Positions 1-9,126 of a stretch of DNA of 44,468 nt are shown here, piece by piece. The translations under genes and the position numbers were made by a program. Below the pieces are notes generated by a model, which saw only the letters and a list, made by a program, of their open reading frames with translations, made no database searches and was not told the DNA's origin. Each line of letters starts with the position of its first letter. Position 1 is the stretch's first letter. Source of the stretch: an uncultured Tangfeifania sp. (GTDB lineage Bacteria > Bacteroidota > Bacteroidia > Bacteroidales > Prolixibacteraceae); contig CAZVTL010000001.1 in assembly GCA_964630075.1 (NCBI GenBank), positions 3,269 to 47,736 of the forward strand, written 5' to 3'.

Positions 1-642
1 CCTGGATATGGTGAACCGGCAACCTACAGCTCCCCAATTCTCTTTAACCACAATGGCAGGCGTATGTTTGCCAATCTGACGGCAAGTTCCATCATTGGGC
101 TGGATGCGACCACCGGTGAGATGTTTTGGCGAATTAAACAATTTCAGGACAACAAGATTCATGCAAACACCCCAGCCTATTTCGATGGAAAACTACTGGT
201 ATCCAGTGCCTCCCGGAAAGACAGCTCCGGATTGGTACTGCTTCAACTTTCGCCGGATGGGAAGAAAGCCGATATTCTATGGCGAAACAAGGAGTTCATC
301 AACCTGATGGGCGGTTTCATTTTGAAAGATGGTTATTTGTATGGCTCGGCCTACCTGCAACCCAAATGGTTTTGCATTGACCTTACAACCGGGCTGACCA
401 AATACATTGCCAAAGAGTTGGGGGGTGGCCCTGTCATCTATGCCGACGGACACTTCTATTGCTATGCCGAAAAAGATGGGGAGATGGCATTGGCCGAAGG
501 GACTCCCGAGAAATTCACCATCCTCAGCAAATTCAAAGTACCACTGGGAACGGCGGAGCATTGGGCCCATCCGGTTATTGCCGGGAAGAAATTGTACCTG
601 AGACACAACGATGCACTGATGGTGTATGACCTGAAACAATAA
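1..642 (+). CDS. PQQ-like/BamB-like beta-propeller repeat protein, 5'-truncated by the window edge
   Basis: Frame 1 is open from nt 1 (PGYGEPATYSSPILFNHNGRRMFANL...) to the TAA at 640-642. The sequence is blade-like and repetitive. The C-terminus GKKLYLRHNDALMVYDL parallels GDQLFLRGFKYLYCI of the full-length paralog at 14108-15454. Confidence 0.6.
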   Translation, partial: PGYGEPATYSSPILFNHNGRRMFANLTASSIIGLDATTGEMFWRIKQFQDNKIHANTPAYFDGKLLVSSASRKDSSGLVLLQLSPDGKKADILWRNKEFINLMGGFILKDGYLYGSAYLQPKWFCIDLTTGLTKYIAKELGGGPVIYADGHFYCYAEKDGEMALAEGTPEKFTILSKFKVPLGTAEHWAHPVIAGKKLYLRHNDALMVYDLKQ

Positions 643-653
643 AACCATTGACC

Positions 654-2939
654 ATGAAGATCCTGAAAATGTTGGCCACCTGCCTCTTCTTGCTTGCCAC
701 TGCTTTCGACTCCTTTTCCGGATCCCATGACCTGAAATTCTCCAAACTCTCCTCCACCTGGGATGAAGGAATTCCCCTTGGCAATGGCATGCAGGGGGCA
801 CTCGTATGGCAAAAGGGTGACCGGCTACGTTTCTCCCTCGACCGTGCAGATTTGTGGGATCTTCGCCCGATGGCCAACCTGAGCAAGCCCGAATTCAGCT
901 TCCTTTGGGTACAGGAACAGGTAAAGAACAAGACCTACAAGAACGTTCAGGATCTTTTCGACACGCCCTACGACAACAATGCAGCCCCCTCCAAAATCCC
1001 TGGTGCAGCGCTTGAATTCGATACCAGGAAACTTGGGCCGGTCAAGGAGGTAAAACTGACCCTTCAGGATGCCTTGTGTGAGGTAACCTGGGAACAGGGA
1101 GCAAAAATGCAAACTTTCGTGGATGCCTCGGGATCTGCTGGTTGGTTCCGCTTCGAAAAGCTGGAGAATGAATTAGAACCGATTTTGATTCCGCCCACCT
1201 ACAAAAAAACAGGGCCATCTGTCTCGGAAAACTCCGTCGTTGGACAGGATTTGCAAAGGCTGGGTTACGAACAGGGTTTGGTGGTATCGACACCGAACAA
1301 AGCTGTCTACCGCCAAAAGGGGTGGAACGGATTCGAATACGAAGTGGCCGTAACCTGGAAATACAGCAAAAACAGTCTGGTTGGCCTCTGGGCGATCTCC
1401 TCCTCCATCGCTGAAAAAGAGGGGAAAGAACCCGCCGGCGCGCAGTTGACAAATCAAATCAATTCCAGCTCCTTTGAGAAGGCATTTAAAGCCCATGCGG
1501 AATGGTGGAACAGCTTCTGGGAAAAATCTTCCATTACCATACCCGATCCTGTTCTGGAAAAACAATGGTACCTGGAACAGTACAAGTTTGGCTCGGCTGC
1601 CCGTCCGGATGCACCGCCCATTTCGCTGCAGGCTGTCTGGACCGCCGACAACGGGAAGCTCCCTCCCTGGAAAGGGGATTTTCACCACGACCTCAATACA
1701 CAATTGAGCTATTGGCCGGCCTACTCTGCCAACCACCTCGAGCTGGAGGAGGGATTCCTCAACTGGATGTGGCGCTACCGCGAAACCTTTAAAAAATATA
1801 CCAAAACCTATTTCGGGACCTCCGGCATGAATGTACCCGGGGTAACCACCCTGACTGGCGAACCAATGGGTGGCTGGATACAGTACTCCCTGGGGCCGAC
1901 GGTAGGTTGCTGGCTGGCGCAGCACTTTTACCTGCACTGGGCCTACTCAAAAGATGAACAATTCCTGAGAGAGAGAGCCTATCCATGGATCAGGGAAGTC
2001 GCCATTTACCTGGATGAAATTTCGGTAAAAGAATCGGATGGCTTGCGGAGGTTGCCGCTTAGTTCAAGTCCCGAAATCCACAACAACTCCATCCAGGCCT
2101 GGTTTGCTAAGACGACCAATTATGACCTTGCCTTTGTTCGCTGGACTTTCGAAAAGGCAGCAGAACTTGCCCTTTTAGTGGGTAACACTTCAGACGCCAA
2201 CCGGTGGAAATCCATTTTGAAAGAGTGGCCCGCTTTTGCCCTCGACAAAGAGGGTGGATTGGCCTTTGCCCCGGATTATCCCTATGCTGAATCGCACCGC
2301 CACTTCTCCCATTTGGTCGGATGGCATCCGCTGGGTTTAATAGATTGGTCGAATGGGGAGAAAGAGCAAAAGATCATTGCAGAAACCCTGAAAAATTTGG
2401 AAAAAACAGGCCCTGACTGGTGGTGCGGTTACTCTTACAGCTGGCAGGGAAATCTCTATGCCCGTGCCCTGATGGGAGACAAAGCAGCCGAGACACTCCG
2501 CATTTTCTCTGAAAACTTCTGTCTTCCCAACAGTTTCCATGTCAACGGGGAACAGTTCAACAAGGGATACTCCAAATTCAAGTACCGCCCCTTTACCCTG
2601 GAGGGAAATTTTGCCTTCGCTTCTGGGATCCAGGAGATGCTACTGCAGAGCCATACCGGTACCATCGCGATTTTCCCGGCCATTCCGGTAGCCTGGAATG
2701 ATGTATCATTCCATACCATGCGTTGCCAGGGGGCTTTCCTGGTATCGGCCGGGATGAAGGAGGGCAAGACTCGCCAAGTAACCATCGTAGCCGAAAAAGG
2801 TGGCAAAATGCGGTTGCTAAATCCATTTGGGAAAGATCCCTTCAAGACCAAATTTAGCTGGCAGGGAAAAATTGCTACCGACGGAGAAATTCTCTCCATC
2901 GATTTCCCGGTAGGGGGGAGCGTGACGCTGACCAACTAA
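654..2939 (+). CDS. GH95-like glycoside hydrolase (alpha-L-fucosidase/galactosidase-type), secreted
   Basis: The ORF track starts at TTG 648; ATG 654 gives signal peptide MKILKMLATCLFLLATAFDSFSG. N-terminal W.EGIPLGNGMQGALVW...ADLWDLR resembles the GH95 N-terminal (Glyco_hyd_65N_2) signature. GDFHHDLNTQLSYWPA resembles the GH95 GDYH.NIN.QMNYW block. The ~760-aa length is typical. Confidence 0.65.
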   Translation: MKILKMLATCLFLLATAFDSFSGSHDLKFSKLSSTWDEGIPLGNGMQGALVWQKGDRLRFSLDRADLWDLRPMANLSKPEFSFLWVQEQVKNKTYKNVQDLFDTPYDNNAAPSKIPGAALEFDTRKLGPVKEVKLTLQDALCEVTWEQGAKMQTFVDASGSAGWFRFEKLENELEPILIPPTYKKTGPSVSENSVVGQDLQRLGYEQGLVVSTPNKAVYRQKGWNGFEYEVAVTWKYSKNSLVGLWAISSSIAEKEGKEPAGAQLTNQINSSSFEKAFKAHAEWWNSFWEKSSITIPDPVLEKQWYLEQYKFGSAARPDAPPISLQAVWTADNGKLPPWKGDFHHDLNTQLSYWPAYSANHLELEEGFLNWMWRYRETFKKYTKTYFGTSGMNVPGVTTLTGEPMGGWIQYSLGPTVGCWLAQHFYLHWAYSKDEQFLRERAYPWIREVAIYLDEISVKESDGLRRLPLSSSPEIHNNSIQAWFAKTTNYDLAFVRWTFEKAAELALLVGNTSDANRWKSILKEWPAFALDKEGGLAFAPDYPYAESHRHFSHLVGWHPLGLIDWSNGEKEQKIIAETLKNLEKTGPDWWCGYSYSWQGNLYARALMGDKAAETLRIFSENFCLPNSFHVNGEQFNKGYSKFKYRPFTLEGNFAFASGIQEMLLQSHTGTIAIFPAIPVAWNDVSFHTMRCQGAFLVSAGMKEGKTRQVTIVAEKGGKMRLLNPFGKDPFKTKFSWQGKIATDGEILSIDFPVGGSVTLTN

Positions 2940-2967
2940 TTTGCTATTTTTAATCAAAAGGAGCGTC

Positions 2968-4515
2968 ATGAATCTCAACAGAAATTTAAGCATTCCATTT
3001 GGAGTCGTCCTATTGGCTTCTGCTTGTCTGCCAGCATCGGCGGGAAATATCACCGATGCAAAAAATGGAAAACAACCCAACATCCTCCTCTTCCTGGTGG
3101 ATGACATGGGATGGCAGGATACCTCGGTTCCCTTCTGGACGGAACAAACCCCTTTCAACCGATTGTACCACACCCCCTCCATGGAACGGTTAGCTGCCGA
3201 TGGGATGAAATTCACGGCAGCCTATGCCTCCAGCGTCTGCTCTCCAACCCGAGTCAGCCTGATGTCGGGAATGAATGCGGCCCGTCACCGGGTCACCAAC
3301 TGGACCCTGCAGCGAAATACTCCGGTCGATGCGAAGGATGACCTGCTCGATTTCCCCCAATGGAATGTCAACGGACTGCAACCCGCAGATTCTATCCCAA
3401 ACTCAGTGCAGGTAACTACATTGCCACAAATCCTTCACGACAACGACTATTTCACTATCCACTGCGGTAAGGCCCATTTTGGTGCCATGGGTACTCCTGC
3501 CGCCAATCCGCTCAACCTGGGGTTCGACATCAACATCGCCGGTCATGCAGCCGGAGGTCCGGGCAGCTATTTGGGAGAGAAGAATTTCGGAAATGCGGAG
3601 AAAGGGAGCCATACCCCACCCTGGGGAATCCCGGGACTTGAAAAATACCATGGCGATTCGATCAACCTCACCGAAGTTCTCACACGTGAGGCGATAGGAG
3701 CGATGGACAAAGCCCAAACAACAGGAAAACCCTTCTACCTCTACATGGCGCACTATGCGGTCCACGCTCCGCTTGAACCAGACCATCGCTTCTATCCCAA
3801 ATACAAGGCCATGGGATTGCCCGAACCTGAAGCCAGGTATGCCTCCATGATCGAATCGATGGACAAAAGCCTGGGTGATCTGATGGATTACCTGGATCAA
3901 AAAGGGATAGCCGGCAATACCGTTATTATTTTCATGTCTGACAATGGCGGGTTGAGTGCATCCGCCCGGGGAGGAAAACTGCATACACACAACCTTCCGC
4001 TGAAAAGCGGCAAAGGTTCGGCTTATGAAGGGGGGATCAGGGAGCCGATGCTGGTCAAATGGCCTGGCAAAGTGAAACCGGCCTCCCTCTGCAAGGATTA
4101 CCTTATTATCGAAGACTTCTTCCCTACCGTACTAGAAATGGCTGGGATAAAGAAATACAAGACCGTCCAGAAAGTTGATGGCAAAAGTTTTGTCCCAATG
4201 CTCCTCCAAAAAGGAACCACCTCACCCGGCCGCGACCTTTTCTGGCACTATCCCAACAAATGGGGAGCCACTGGTCCCGGGATTGGCACCACCAGTACCA
4301 TCCGCAGCGGCGACTGGAAACTGATCCATTGGTACAAGGATGGGAAAAACGAATTGTACAATATCGCTGAGGATATTGGAGAGAAGAGGGACCTGGCCGC
4401 TGTCCATCCCGAAATCGTGATGAAACTGGCCAAAAAATTAAGGGATTATCTCCGGTCGGTAAATGCGCAACTACCTACTGAAAAGCCTACCAAAGTTAAG
4501 TGTCTTTATCCTTGA
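2968..4515 (+). CDS. S1-family sulfatase (formylglycine-dependent arylsulfatase-like)
   Basis: ATG 2968 gives signal peptide MNLNRNLSIPFGVVLLASACLPASAG. C-S-P-T-R formylglycine motif (SVCSPTRVSLMSGM) lies at nt 3238-3252. Also present: N-terminal metal-site block ILLFLVDDMGWQD and the downstream blocks FMSDNGG and LKSGKGSAYEGGIREP. Confidence 0.9.
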   Translation: MNLNRNLSIPFGVVLLASACLPASAGNITDAKNGKQPNILLFLVDDMGWQDTSVPFWTEQTPFNRLYHTPSMERLAADGMKFTAAYASSVCSPTRVSLMSGMNAARHRVTNWTLQRNTPVDAKDDLLDFPQWNVNGLQPADSIPNSVQVTTLPQILHDNDYFTIHCGKAHFGAMGTPAANPLNLGFDINIAGHAAGGPGSYLGEKNFGNAEKGSHTPPWGIPGLEKYHGDSINLTEVLTREAIGAMDKAQTTGKPFYLYMAHYAVHAPLEPDHRFYPKYKAMGLPEPEARYASMIESMDKSLGDLMDYLDQKGIAGNTVIIFMSDNGGLSASARGGKLHTHNLPLKSGKGSAYEGGIREPMLVKWPGKVKPASLCKDYLIIEDFFPTVLEMAGIKKYKTVQKVDGKSFVPMLLQKGTTSPGRDLFWHYPNKWGATGPGIGTTSTIRSGDWKLIHWYKDGKNELYNIAEDIGEKRDLAAVHPEIVMKLAKKLRDYLRSVNAQLPTEKPTKVKCLYP

Positions 4516-4543
4516 TTTTTTTGGGAATCACTTTTAGAATATG

Positions 4544-4614
4544 ACACGGAGAAACACTGAGATCAGAATATTTTCCCTCCGTGGATCGCTGTGCCTCTCT
4601 GTGTTTCTCCGTGT
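4544..4614. repeat. Intergenic CACRGAG-unit element (family 2), hairpin-forming
   Basis: ACACGGAGAAACACTGAGA (4544-4562) pairs 18/19 with TCTCTGTGTTTCTCCGTGT (4596-4614). The right side carries four units whose GTG ends at 4583, 4593, 4603 and 4613, an exact 10-nt period. It lies 29 nt after the sulfatase stop. Confidence 0.75.
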
Positions 4615-4683
4615 AACTTTTTTTGAAATGGATCGCTTTGGCGAACTTAAAAGAGTTTTTACCTTTACAAAAACCCAAATAAC

Positions 4684-5214
4684 ATGGAAGAATTAGCAGT
4701 TGGCACTCGTGTAGAACATCCCCGCTATGGAGAAGGGATCGTCAGCAAAAATAAAATTACCTCCTACGAGATATTTTTTGAGCATGGTGGTAAAATTGAA
4801 CTGACCAAAAGGAACGAAGACCTCGAGGTGAAAGAGACACCGGCCGAAAAACCAAAGAATTCACTGAGTCTGGCAGAAGTCGAAAAGGTGATCCGCTATG
4901 TCCTTGAAGAACAAAATGTATTGCAGGAGTTGGTCCCCCTTGGAGACAAATGGATCGGCGGCAACATGATCCTCCAGCCGGCCAATCTCTCGCTGAAACC
5001 CAAGGAGATTCCCATCGAGAGCTTCTTTCACAAAATCGTCATGCTGCGCGACAGGCTCAGGGTACTCGAACAAAACATCAACAGCCATCCCGGTCTGACC
5101 GATGAGGAGAAGGTGAACATGCAGCAGTACATCACCCGCATCTACGGATCGCTAACCTCCTTTAACCTGCTATTTTCCGAAAACAAGCACTATTTTGTCG
5201 GTGCCAAATCCTAA
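4684..5214 (+). CDS. Hypothetical cytoplasmic protein with an N-terminal Tudor/SH3-like G.RV.H..(Y/F)GEG.V motif
   Basis: 176-codon ORF with no signal peptide. VGTRVEHPRYGEGIV resembles the short beta-barrel motif at the C-terminus of UvrD/PcrA-type proteins. Its stop is 4 nt before the next start codon. Confidence 0.55.
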   Translation: MEELAVGTRVEHPRYGEGIVSKNKITSYEIFFEHGGKIELTKRNEDLEVKETPAEKPKNSLSLAEVEKVIRYVLEEQNVLQELVPLGDKWIGGNMILQPANLSLKPKEIPIESFFHKIVMLRDRLRVLEQNINSHPGLTDEEKVNMQQYITRIYGSLTSFNLLFSENKHYFVGAKS

Positions 5215-5218
5215 AAAC

Positions 5219-6325
5219 ATGAATTCAAGAGAACGTGTCCTCAAAGCCTTCAAGCGCCTGCCGGGATTGCCCGACAGGATACCCATCCAGTTTGACCTCT
5301 GCCGGCAATTGTCCGATCATTTCGGCAAAGAACTCGGAATTCCGGTTACCTATACCGAAAATCCCTACGAAGATGTGACCTACCGCATCAGCGCCAATGA
5401 ATTGAGAATCGCCTTAGGGAGTGATGTGGTAATTACTGGAGCATCTGTTTCTGATAATTTCAGGATCATTAAGGACGCTGACGGCACCTGGCTCAACGAA
5501 TACGGCATGCGGATGCGCCAGGGCTCCATCTATGTGGAGGTGGTCGACTATCCGTTGGCGCATGCAGAGACAAAAGCCGACGTGGAGGCCTACAGGTTTC
5601 CCGATCCGGATGCACCGGGAAGGTACAGGGATGCTGAGGCACTTGTAGGCAAATTCCACAACGATTACCTGGTCTTCGGGGATATTGAAGTGACCGTATT
5701 CTCCCTGGCACACCAATTGGTCGGGATGGAGAAACTGCTGGTAGACATGATGATGGAGGCCGAATATGTAGTCCCGCTTTTTGAAGCTTGTGCCGAATAC
5801 CAGACACAGGTTGGCCTGCGCCTGATTGAAAAAGGGGTAGATGCCATCTGGTTTGGCGATGATTTTGGCACCCAGATGAGCCTGATCATGCCGCCCGAAA
5901 CCTTCCGGGAGCAGTTAAAACCACATTATACCAGGATGATCGATCGTTTCAGGGAGGCCAAACCCGACATCATCCCGATTCTTCATTGTGACGGTGCAGT
6001 AGCCGAACTCCTGGACGACATCCGCGAGATGGGATTCGAGGTGTTCAATCCGGTACAACCGGGTGTTCCGGGTCACCTGCCCAAGGACATGAAAGAGCGG
6101 TTCGGCGACAAATTCGCCTTCTGGGGTGCCATCGACCAGCAGGACCTGCTGCCCAACGGGACCAATGAAGAGCTGGAGCGCGACATCCTCGAAAAGATCA
6201 CCATCCTTGGCAAGGGTGGTGGCTACATGATTGCACCGGCCCATATCATGCAAAATGATGTTGCCCCCGATAGGGTACTGCTTTTTATCGAACTTTGCCA
6301 AAAGCATGGAAAATATGTCAGCTAG
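5219..6325 (+). CDS. Uroporphyrinogen decarboxylase (URO-D) family protein (HemE/MtaA-like fold)
   Basis: ATG 5219: MNSRERVLKAFKRLPGLPDRIPIQFDL... is the typical URO-D-family N-terminus. C-terminal GGGYMIAPAHIMQNDVAPDRVLLFIE is the typical family end. No signal peptide. Confidence 0.7.
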   Translation: MNSRERVLKAFKRLPGLPDRIPIQFDLCRQLSDHFGKELGIPVTYTENPYEDVTYRISANELRIALGSDVVITGASVSDNFRIIKDADGTWLNEYGMRMRQGSIYVEVVDYPLAHAETKADVEAYRFPDPDAPGRYRDAEALVGKFHNDYLVFGDIEVTVFSLAHQLVGMEKLLVDMMMEAEYVVPLFEACAEYQTQVGLRLIEKGVDAIWFGDDFGTQMSLIMPPETFREQLKPHYTRMIDRFREAKPDIIPILHCDGAVAELLDDIREMGFEVFNPVQPGVPGHLPKDMKERFGDKFAFWGAIDQQDLLPNGTNEELERDILEKITILGKGGGYMIAPAHIMQNDVAPDRVLLFIELCQKHGKYVS

Positions 6326-7364
6326 ATATCTCCTGGTTACCTGGCTATTGGTAAGTCAAATCACCGGAATTGCCCTGTCACAGGAAAAACAGGAGATAGC
6401 TCCTACGTTGCCAAAAGAACTGAAGGTCAGCTATCCCAAATCGAATCCCCTGAAAAAGGCGCTTCTTCCGGTTCCGGAGTCTGCCATATTTAAGATGGAG
6501 GGCTATTACCTTTGGGATCCATCCTTGATCAAAGTGGGTGACACTTACCACCTCTTCTGCTCGAGGTGGCCGGCTGAAAAAGGAATGCAGGGGTGGAGGG
6601 AAAGCCATGCCATCCGGGCAACTTCCAAATCCCTCTTCGGACCTTACAAGTTCCAGGAGGTGGTGTTGCACCCCTCCAACCATCCCTGGGCCACGCAAGC
6701 CGTCCACAATCCGAAAATAACCAGGGCAGGCAACAAATACCTGCTTTACCACCTTGGGATTCCTCAATGGAAAACCGGATTCGCTTTTGCCGACTCCATC
6801 CAGGGTCCCTGGACGCCGGTTCCTACTCCCGTCATTGCTACCAACAATCCGGCCTTGCTGATTCGTGAAGATGGCAGTGCCTATGTGGTGGGGAAATACA
6901 AGCCAAAACTGACCCGCGATGGCAAATGGGATGCCAACATGCAGGCCTTCGAAGCAGCCAATTACAATGGACCCTATCAATTGGTGAAAGATACCCTGAA
7001 CCGTCTGCCCAACAACTTCGAACTGGAAGATCCAACCATTTGGTGGGCCAACAACCGGTACAATGTGATCTGCACCGACTGGGAAGCCAAAGTCACCGGC
7101 GTGCAGAAATCCGTTGTTTACTATACTTCCAAAGATGGTATCACCTACGAGCTCTACTCCCAAATTCCCTTGTGGTCCCAATCTGAGCCCGTTCCGATGG
7201 AACATGGGAAAACCATGCCGGTAAGGGGAATTGAGCGGCCACAGGTCTGCCTCAACGAGAAAGGGGAGTTGATTGCCCTCCTGGCCTCCATCTATCCTAA
7301 GGTAGAGGGCCCAACTTACATCATCGTCAGGCCGGTCCGAAAATTCGTGCCAAAAAACAAATAG
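6306..7364 (+). CDS. GH43-like five-bladed beta-propeller glycoside hydrolase, secreted
   Basis: ATG 6306 (or 6315) gives signal peptide M(ENM)SARYLLVTWLLVSQITGIALSQ and overlaps the upstream stop by 20 (or 11) nt. YYLWDPSLIKVGDTYHLF (candidate Asp base), NKYLLYHLG and FELEDPTIWW (acidic pair) fit clan GH-F-type propellers. The exact family is uncertain. Confidence 0.45.
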   Translation: MENMSARYLLVTWLLVSQITGIALSQEKQEIAPTLPKELKVSYPKSNPLKKALLPVPESAIFKMEGYYLWDPSLIKVGDTYHLFCSRWPAEKGMQGWRESHAIRATSKSLFGPYKFQEVVLHPSNHPWATQAVHNPKITRAGNKYLLYHLGIPQWKTGFAFADSIQGPWTPVPTPVIATNNPALLIREDGSAYVVGKYKPKLTRDGKWDANMQAFEAANYNGPYQLVKDTLNRLPNNFELEDPTIWWANNRYNVICTDWEAKVTGVQKSVVYYTSKDGITYELYSQIPLWSQSEPVPMEHGKTMPVRGIERPQVCLNEKGELIALLASIYPKVEGPTYIIVRPVRKFVPKNK

Positions 7365-7413
7365 TCCATGAAATTAGAACGATTGAATTCCACCTTCTCA
7401 AAAATTTACGACC

Positions 7414-9021
7414 ATGAATTCAAGAGCCATCCTGCTTCTGCTTGCACTCCTGCTTGCCGTATTCACCTCCGGGGCACAAAAGAAATTTGATCAGAAAGAT
7501 ATTGACAGCGCCCTTGCCAACGGCCTGCAGGCCAACGAGGGATTTGCGCGTAGCCTGCTGTTTGTCAACGGATGGTTAAAACATACCGACCCTACAACCG
7601 GACTGATCCCTACCAACCTTGACAGGGCAAAAGATATCTGGGAACCCCACAATTCTGCAGCCGACAACTGGGCTTTCATGGTATTGACGACCTATCTCCT
7701 TGACAAGGGACTCTACAATGGCAAGATGCTAGAAATGCTGCAAACCGAACGCAGACTCACATCCAGGGTCAAATCCCTGCCGGATACCTGGTCCTTTTCG
7801 AAAAAGAACTTCAATACCGAAAAGCCTGACATGAACTGGGTGATCTTCGGAACGGCCGAATACATGAAGGACGGCATCCTGCCGCTTTGCGAGTACATTG
7901 GCCCATCTCCCTGGCGCGACAGAATGATGGAAATGCTGGCTGATTTGCCCGAATACTACACCATTTTCAAGGAGATCGACCAGCTGGGCGGATACAAGGT
8001 AGCCTCGGAGGAGGTCAACGGTGATATGCTCCAGACATTGGTCCGTACCTACTGGATGACCGGTCAGCAAAAATACCTCGACTGGGCCACCCTGATCGGG
8101 GATTACTACATGCTGGGCGAACGCGACCTCAGTACCCTGAAATACCTTCGGCTGCGAGACCATGGCTGCGAAATCATCGGGGGGTTGAGTGAATTGTATG
8201 TTACGTTGAGCTTTGTCAATCCTGCCAAGAAAAAAAGCTACCAGGAACCGCTTCACAGGCTCCTCGACCGTGTGCTGGAGATTGGACGAAATCCGGACGG
8301 ACTGTTTTACAACGGAGTGAATGCCGCTACCGGAGAGGTGGTAGACAAGGGAATATCTGACAACTGGGGATATGTATACGATGCGTTCTATGCTGTTTAC
8401 CTGATCGATCACACCGAAAAATACAGGAGTGCCTTCCTCTCCATGCTGAAAAATCTGAACGAAAAATACCGGAATTTTGCCTGGGAAGGTAAGAGCCACG
8501 ACGGTTATGCCGATGCCATCGAGGGTGGTATCAACCTCTACAACCGGGAGTCCAACCCCGATTTAAAAGCCTGGATAGAGAGTGAGATGCAGGTGATGTT
8601 CAAAATGCAGCAACCGGATGGCATCATCGGTGCCTGGCATGGCGACGGCAATTTTGCCCGGACCGCCATCATGTACAGCCTCTGGAAAACAATGGGTGCC
8701 ACCCTCCAACCCTGGCGAAACGATGTGGTATTGGGGGCTGAAAAAGCGGGGAAAGAGACACTTTTTGTTCTTACTGCCGGGAAAGAGTGGGAAGGCCTTT
8801 TGAAATTTGATGCCCAACGCCACAAGACCAACATGGGTCTGCCAATTGACTATCCGCGCATCAACCAGTTCCCCGAATGGATGACAGTGCAGTCTGGCAA
8901 GAGCTATATCATCTCCTCCTCTGCTAAAAATATATCGGGCAAATACGATGGCGCTGAACTAATCAAAGGATTGCCTGTCAAACTGAAATCGAATGAGAAA
9001 TTGATTATTTCAGTAAGGTGA
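7414..9021 (+). CDS. Secreted protein of unknown function (helix-rich; possible alpha/alpha-toroid carbohydrate-active enzyme)
   Basis: 535-codon ORF with signal peptide MNSRAILLLLALLLAVFTSGAQ. I recognise no family motif. It sits between the GH43-like and GH88 genes on the same strand. Confidence 0.6.
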   Translation: MNSRAILLLLALLLAVFTSGAQKKFDQKDIDSALANGLQANEGFARSLLFVNGWLKHTDPTTGLIPTNLDRAKDIWEPHNSAADNWAFMVLTTYLLDKGLYNGKMLEMLQTERRLTSRVKSLPDTWSFSKKNFNTEKPDMNWVIFGTAEYMKDGILPLCEYIGPSPWRDRMMEMLADLPEYYTIFKEIDQLGGYKVASEEVNGDMLQTLVRTYWMTGQQKYLDWATLIGDYYMLGERDLSTLKYLRLRDHGCEIIGGLSELYVTLSFVNPAKKKSYQEPLHRLLDRVLEIGRNPDGLFYNGVNAATGEVVDKGISDNWGYVYDAFYAVYLIDHTEKYRSAFLSMLKNLNEKYRNFAWEGKSHDGYADAIEGGINLYNRESNPDLKAWIESEMQVMFKMQQPDGIIGAWHGDGNFARTAIMYSLWKTMGATLQPWRNDVVLGAEKAGKETLFVLTAGKEWEGLLKFDAQRHKTNMGLPIDYPRINQFPEWMTVQSGKSYIISSSAKNISGKYDGAELIKGLPVKLKSNEKLIISVR

Positions 9022-9126
9022 TCTTTCAGCAATAAATACAGAAAATATTTTACCGGATATTTCACTCTGTAGTTTCTTTACTTTCTGCGGTTAAATTTTG
9101 AATAACTTAGACATCACCTTACAATT

